Assembly (NCBI GenBank): GCA_964016885.1
Contig: OZ024743.1
Span: 294,996,001-295,060,000, forward strand
Direction: 5' to 3'
Length of the DNA stretch: 64,000 nucleotides
From: Eledone cirrhosa
Taxonomy: Eukaryota
Shown here: positions 57,565 to 64,000 of the stretch, one piece after another
How positions within the stretch are numbered: the first letter of the stretch is position 1
Layout of the letters: every line of letters starts with the position of its first letter
Notes under the pieces: generated by a model
Database searches by the model: none
Told to the model about the DNA's origin: nothing
The model's input: only the letters and a program-made list of their open reading frames with translations
Position numbers and translations under genes: made by a program

Positions 57565-58611
57565 CATATATATATATATATGTGTGTTTTGCGAGGTTTT
57601 GTATATGAAATCGTGTGTCGAAACAAATATTGTTATACTTGGGGAGGGTCATATTTGTGTAATATTGCCAGAATTAATAACAGAACACACTCACTGTTTG
57701 GTTGGTTTTCGCTTCTCACTTCTGTGTCTTTTATATCGGTAATCTAACTTACTCGGTCCTCAATGTTACCATTGACTGACCGACAGTCAAAAATAATACA
57801 GATACAATATAGACACAAACACATATATATATTCTATCAAAGTTCTTTCGTTGCACATCTGCAACATCGTCAGTGGTGCTATCTTTTCCTCCTGTTGTAT
57901 TGTATGTCTACGCCATTTTTATTCAGTCTGTCTATATATTTATTTATTTATTTGCTTGTTTGTTTATTTTATTTTGTCTTCTTTGCGCATGCGTTTGCGT
58001 GCCTGAATAGTGTTTTGTTTGCTGTGTGATGGGTGACTAGTGTGTGTTTATGTGCTTGTTGTTATTGTGCTTGTGTACGTATTTATTTATTTATTTATTT
58101 ATTTATTTATTTTATTTACTTATTTATAATTCTCTTAGGTCAGTGTTGTTTGTTTGGGTGTTGTGGTTATTCCATTCATTCTTTCTGGTTAGTATTGGTC
58201 TTCTAATTTCTATTTCACTGGCCTCTCTGATTTGCCTATCTGCTGGGTCATTTCTATGTTTAGATATTATTCTAATGTCTATGTTGTCTATGTTACCGTC
58301 ATGTTGTTGTCTAGCATGTTTGTATAGTACTGACCCGTTTTTTCGTCCTTTTAGTTCCCCCCAGTGTTGGTCTATCCTTTCACCTATGCTACGAGCTGTC
58401 TCACCTATATATGTTGTTTTCATGTTTCTGCAAGTACCCTCTGTACATCTTATGCTATAGACTACGTTTCTAGTTTTACAGTTTATCCGGGGCTTCACCT
58501 TACATATGTTACATTTCCTATTGGTACAGTGAGTTTTCTTAAAAGGGTAGGTATTGCTGATCAGGGATTTGGGATTTTATGGTGGTTCCTGGCTTTTCTA
58601 CCACCTTTATT

Positions 58612-60825
58612 AGTACATGTAGCAACATCAATGATAGACACAACAAAAACAAGAAACATAATAAAAGTAACAACCACAATGGTAGAAATAACAGTAACAA
58701 CAACAAAAACGGTGAAGTAAACAACAATACATCTAGCAATCATAACAATAATAATAATGTTAATGATAGAAACAACAACAACCACCATGATAACAATAAT
58801 AGCAACACACACAACTATGACGATAGATATAATGACAACCCCTTAGAAAAACTATTTTTCAACCCAGCTGACAAAACATATAAGATGGGTAATATCTATC
58901 CTACGAGGTTACCCTTTAATAAAAGAGTTTGCATACCACAACAAATAGATGACGAGACAGAGGCACAGTTCACCATAACTAGAAATATGATTAGACAAAT
59001 AGTAGACAGGTATACTAAGAGACAGAGCAGACCAGAGGCCCAACAACTTAGGAGGAAACCTGTAGAAGGCTTAGTTAGCCTCAAGCAGCGCACAAGGGAT
59101 GGTGAGATAGTATGTCTACCCACGGATAAGTCTGGTAGGATGTCAATAGATAGCATGCCGAACTACATCAAGGCTATGCAACCTCACATCACCAACACGA
59201 GCGAAATTACACAACAAACACACGATGGGAGAGAGAAAATCCTCACTGCTCACATGATGATGTGGACTGACATCCTAAAGCCAAGCAGACGCACTGCCAA
59301 CAACCTCCAGGCGTCTTACAATGGCGTACCACCCTTGTATGGGCTCCGCAAAGACCACAATACAGTCGACAACCCGACAACAGGACCACCAACAAGACCC
59401 GTATGCGGAGCTAATATAGCTAGTAACTACAGGATCTCCTACTTCCTCTCAATGGTTATACGCCCCATAATCAAGATGTACCCAGATGTATGTGACTGTA
59501 CAAAGGACCTCCTCAGCAGAATCAGTGAGTGCAACAAAAACAGGAACCTATCCAACTGCATAATAGGCAGCATGGATGTGGTGTCACTGTACCCATCCAT
59601 TAACATTGATTTTGCTGTGAAAAGATGTGTGGAGATGATCATTGAGAGTGAGGTGGAGTTCTGCGACGTCGACACAGACGAACTGGGCCTCCTACTTAGA
59701 CTTACCTACGACACTGACTACCTGGACAGCCATGACCTTAGACGTTTCTGCCCTAGTAGACCTATAAGAGGTAGACCCCCCACCATAACCTCAATGGAAA
59801 AAAAGACTCCCATGGGAAGGTGGATTGGGTGGACCAAAGCTATAAGGACACCCCAAAACAATGATCAGGTAAGAAAAATGGTCGCACATACAATCAAAAC
59901 TACCCAAAAGGGCCACATATTTAAGTTCAACGAGAAGATCTACACCCAAAATGAGGGAGCAGCCATCGGCGTCAGCATAGCTGGTGATGTTGCCAACCTT
60001 TTCATGGTATGGTGGGAAAGGAGACTTAAAGATCCCCTTAATGAGAGCTCCATAGACCTCATCATGTACACTCGTTATGTAGACGATATCAATATAGTTA
60101 TAAGAACACCCCCACTAGAGAGCACTAACAAGTTTGATTTAGAACGTAGCACGATGGAAAGCATCCAGCAGATAGCTAATTCCATACACCAGAGAATAAC
60201 TGTAACTATCGATTTCCTTTCCAAACACCCTAACAATAGACTACCTGTATTAGACACAGAACTCTCGATTAACACTATAGACGAGAGAGCCCAAATTCTC
60301 CACTCACACTATGCTAAACCCATGGCTTCCAAATATCCGATACTCAAAATCTCAGCTATTTCCAGTAGTGCTAAGTTTAATATTCTGGTCGCAGATTTGG
60401 TACGAGCGATGAAGAATGTGTCCCGCATGTGCGACCTAACAGAAATGGAAAGACACATCCAACACTTCATCAACCGCATGCAGTCCTCTGGCTACAACCA
60501 AAGAAACAGAGTCAGAGTATACGAAGGAGCCATGGAGAAGTATAAGACCCTCATAGAACTGGACATGAAAGGAATTTGCCCATTATACAGGAGCAAATCA
60601 TGGAATAGCTTAGATAGGGCTATACATAAGATAGGGACAGCCACCTCATGGTACGACAACCAGAGATACCAGAGTGTCATGTTTGTGGACGCTACCCCTG
60701 GAGGGAAATTAGCTAACCAGTGTAGAAAGGCCCTGAGAAAGACCCACTTAAAAATAAAGGTGGTAGAAAAGCCAGGAACCACCATAAAATCCCAAATCCC
60801 TGATCAGCAATACCTACCCTTTTAA
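58612..60825 (+). CDS. Penelope-type reverse transcriptase, open but 5'-truncated
   Basis: PTDKSG, LYGLRKDH, PPTRPVC, SMDVVSLYPSI, QNEGAAIG, YTRYVDD, LPVLD; the listed start at 58579 lies in the inverted arm. Confidence 0.9.
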   Translation, partial: STCSNINDRHNKNKKHNKSNNHNGRNNSNNNKNGEVNNNTSSNHNNNNNVNDRNNNNHHDNNNSNTHNYDDRYNDNPLEKLFFNPADKTYKMGNIYPTRLPFNKRVCIPQQIDDETEAQFTITRNMIRQIVDRYTKRQSRPEAQQLRRKPVEGLVSLKQRTRDGEIVCLPTDKSGRMSIDSMPNYIKAMQPHITNTSEITQQTHDGREKILTAHMMMWTDILKPSRRTANNLQASYNGVPPLYGLRKDHNTVDNPTTGPPTRPVCGANIASNYRISYFLSMVIRPIIKMYPDVCDCTKDLLSRISECNKNRNLSNCIIGSMDVVSLYPSINIDFAVKRCVEMIIESEVEFCDVDTDELGLLLRLTYDTDYLDSHDLRRFCPSRPIRGRPPTITSMEKKTPMGRWIGWTKAIRTPQNNDQVRKMVAHTIKTTQKGHIFKFNEKIYTQNEGAAIGVSIAGDVANLFMVWWERRLKDPLNESSIDLIMYTRYVDDINIVIRTPPLESTNKFDLERSTMESIQQIANSIHQRITVTIDFLSKHPNNRLPVLDTELSINTIDERAQILHSHYAKPMASKYPILKISAISSSAKFNILVADLVRAMKNVSRMCDLTEMERHIQHFINRMQSSGYNQRNRVRVYEGAMEKYKTLIELDMKGICPLYRSKSWNSLDRAIHKIGTATSWYDNQRYQSVMFVDATPGGKLANQCRKALRKTHLKIKVVEKPGTTIKSQIPDQQYLPF

Positions 60826-60829
60826 GAAA

Positions 60830-61240
60830 ACTCACTGTACCAATAGGAAATGTATCATATGTAAGGTGAACCCCCGGATAAACTGTAAAACTAGAAACGT
60901 ATTCTATAGCATAAGATGGACAGAGGGTACTTGCAGAAACATGACAACAACATACATAGGTGAGACAGCTCGTAGCATAGGTGAAAGGATAGAACAACAC
61001 TGGGGGGAACTAAAAGGACGAAAAAACGGGTCAGTACTATACGAACATGCTAGGCAACAACATGACGGTAACATAGACAACATTGAAATTAGAATAATAT
61101 CTAAACATATAAATGACCCAGCAGATAGGCAAATCAGAGAGGCCAGTGAAATAGAAATTAGAAGACCAAGACTAAACAGAAAGAATGAATGGAATAACAA
61201 CAACACCCAAACAAACAACACTGACCTAAGAGAAGTATAA
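60830..61240 (+). CDS. GIY-YIG endonuclease domain in the +1 frame; inverted copy at 58124-58535
   Basis: HCTNRKCIIC, NVFYSI…YIGETARSIGERIEQH, RQIREA..I, LNRKNEW. Confidence 0.88.
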   Translation, partial: THCTNRKCIICKVNPRINCKTRNVFYSIRWTEGTCRNMTTTYIGETARSIGERIEQHWGELKGRKNGSVLYEHARQQHDGNIDNIEIRIISKHINDPADRQIREASEIEIRRPRLNRKNEWNNNNTQTNNTDLREV

Positions 61241-61486
61241 ATAAGTAAATAAAATAAAATAAATAAATAAATAAATAAATAAATACATACACAAGCACAA
61301 TAACAACAAGCACATAAACACACACTAGTCACCCATCACACAGCAAACAAAACACTATACAGACACGCAAACGCATGCGCAAAGAAGACAAAATAAAATA
61401 AACAAACAAGCAAATAAATAAATAAATATATAGACAGACTGAATAAAAATGGCGTAGACATACAATACAACAGGAGGAAAAGATAG

Positions 61487-61530
61487 CACCACTGACGATG
61501 TTGCAGATGTGCAACGAAAGATTTATGATA
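61487..61530 (+). ncRNA. Degenerate hammerhead ribozyme in pLTR; mirror copy at 57835-57878
   Basis: CTGACGA-T-GTTGCA GATG TGCAAC-GAAA; stem III differs between copies, consensus GATC palindrome; stem I weak. Confidence 0.55.
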
Positions 61531-61781
61531 AACTATATATATGTGTGTTGTGTCTATATTGTATCTGTATTATTTTTGACCGTCGGTCAGTCCATGGCAA
61601 CATTGAGGACCGAGTAAGTTAGATTACCGATATAAAAGACACAGAATCGTGAAGCGAAAACCAACCAAACAGTGAGTGTGTTCTGTTATTAATTCTGGCA
61701 ATATTACACAAATATGACCTTCCCCAAGTATAACAATATTTGTTTCGACACACGATTTCATATAAAAAACCTCGCAAAACA

Positions 61782-61817
<36 letters not shown>

Positions 61818-61854
61818 CATACATATATAAATACATATATATATACATATATAC

Positions 61855-61913
<59 letters not shown>

Positions 61914-61965
61914 TACATATATATATATATATACATATATACATATATATATATACATATATACC

Positions 61966-62045
<80 letters not shown>

Positions 62046-62067
62046 CATATATACCTATATATACATA

Positions 62068-62129
<62 letters not shown>

Positions 62130-62165
62130 CATATATATATACTTATATATATACATATATATACA

Positions 62166-62199
<34 letters not shown>

Positions 62200-62239
62200 C
62201 ATATATATATACATATATATATATATACATATATATATG

Positions 62240-62550
<311 letters not shown>

Positions 62551-62660
62551 ATATATATATATATGCATATATATATAGATATATATATGCATATATATAT
62601 ACATATATATATACATATATATATGCATATATATATACATATATATACATATATATATAC

Positions 62661-62739
<79 letters not shown>

Positions 62740-62772
62740 TATACATATATATATATATACATATATATACAC

Positions 62773-62826
<54 letters not shown>

Positions 62827-62999
62827 TAGTTAATATAAATTAATATATTGGATAAACACAAATACCAACATATCCGTGTTTGTATTGTAAATGACTAAGT
62901 TAGCTAGATTGAAAAATACTAATTATAATAATACAGTTTGCTTGTCTCGATTTAAATAATAAATCAATAAAAACAAAGCATATTGGCAAATGGCCGTGG

Positions 63000-63125
63000 T
63001 GCTTGGACAAATTTAAATTTCAAAATCAAACCTATTCCGTAGACAGGTTTAAACCTTAAAATCCAAATAAGTTTCGAAAAATGAAAAAGTGAAAGAATAC
63101 CGCATTTAGATCTCCTCAGCAAGCA
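63000..63125 (-). ncRNA. Type I hammerhead ribozyme candidate in a ~410-bp island (62825-63235) between (TA)n tracts
   Basis: TGCTTG-CTGAGGA-(91-nt stem II region)-GAAA-TTTAAATTTG-TC-CAAGCA; 6-bp perfect stem I; U-G at base of stem III. Confidence 0.65.
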
Positions 63126-63253
63126 GTAGAAAAATTGGTATGCTTCACTTCAAAATATTTAAAAAGACTGGTTAACGCACATGGTTTTTCACACATGGTT
63201 ATCCAGTGTCTAGCTGCCGCATACTCGTGCGTATATATATATATGCATATATA

Positions 63254-63336
<83 letters not shown>

Positions 63337-63719
63337 CTGTATATAAATCTTAGAGAAAGCAAGATAGTTTCGTAGACAAAAAAAGAGAAACAAATTTGTA
63401 ATATGGCAATGAGAAACAACGTTTGAGCGAATAAAGAGTGGGTGACTACGTTATTGGGGTAGAATAGTTGAATATGAGATTTCCTTAAATGATAATCTCG
63501 AATCAGTCTGTCTAGTCACGAAATAACTGATCAATAAACAGCTTTTTCTCACTTCACCTTTCAACCAGTTTTATTTCGTTTGTTGTTTTCAAGTTGTGTT
63601 TATAATTACAATTATCAATTTTGCTTCCACTGTTGTTTTTGTGCCATTATACTAAACTATAATTCCTAGCACATTGTTTTTTTCCTAGGACTTGTAATTG
63701 GTTTTGTACGTGTATATAC

Positions 63720-63784
<65 letters not shown>

Positions 63785-63795
63785 TAGATATACAC

Positions 63796-63877
<82 letters not shown>

Positions 63878-63878
63878 G

Positions 63879-63931
<53 letters not shown>

Positions 63932-63938
63932 GTATATA

Positions 63939-63983
<45 letters not shown>

Positions 63984-64000
63984 TTTATATATGTATATGT

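Larger units (their letters stand above)
57586..61780 (+). mobile_element. Penelope-like element (possibly Naiad-like) with inverted pseudo-LTR
   Basis: Inverted arms 57586-58611 and 60753-61780; RT and GIY-YIG ORFs; (TA)n on both sides. Confidence 0.93.

Noticed and set aside
58579-61780. Selenoprotein-type (UGA-recoded) Naiad element
   Set aside because: No in-frame TGA in the RT or endonuclease frames; the RT ORF ends in TAA with a frameshift

Overview
AT-rich eukaryotic DNA dominated by repeats. The SINE types and (TA)n density suggest an octopod cephalopod, which is an inference. No host gene, rRNA, tRNA or CRISPR is recognisable, and most listed ORFs are translated microsatellite. The window is a pile-up of transposons separated by (TA)n/(TG)n tracts. 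It holds four Penelope-like elements (two with ~1 kb inverted pseudo-LTRs), CRE, CR1-group, R4/Dong and RTE non-LTR retrotransposons, a Chapaev3-like DNA transposon, several MITEs and many SINEs. The main signal missed by the ORF track is a set of type I hammerhead ribozymes (HHRs) read by eye. Five look intact or nearly so (5522-5603, 22003-22082, 52172-52291, 57230-57309, 63000-63125) and all have oversized stem II regions (38-91 nt). Four of them lie in 0.4-0.9 kb non-coding islands between (TA)n tracts. One island has a 522-nt circularly permuted/tandem structure with an inverted partial copy, consistent with a retrozyme-like RNA mobilised by Penelope RT. All pairings and alignments were done manually and need computational and biochemical confirmation.
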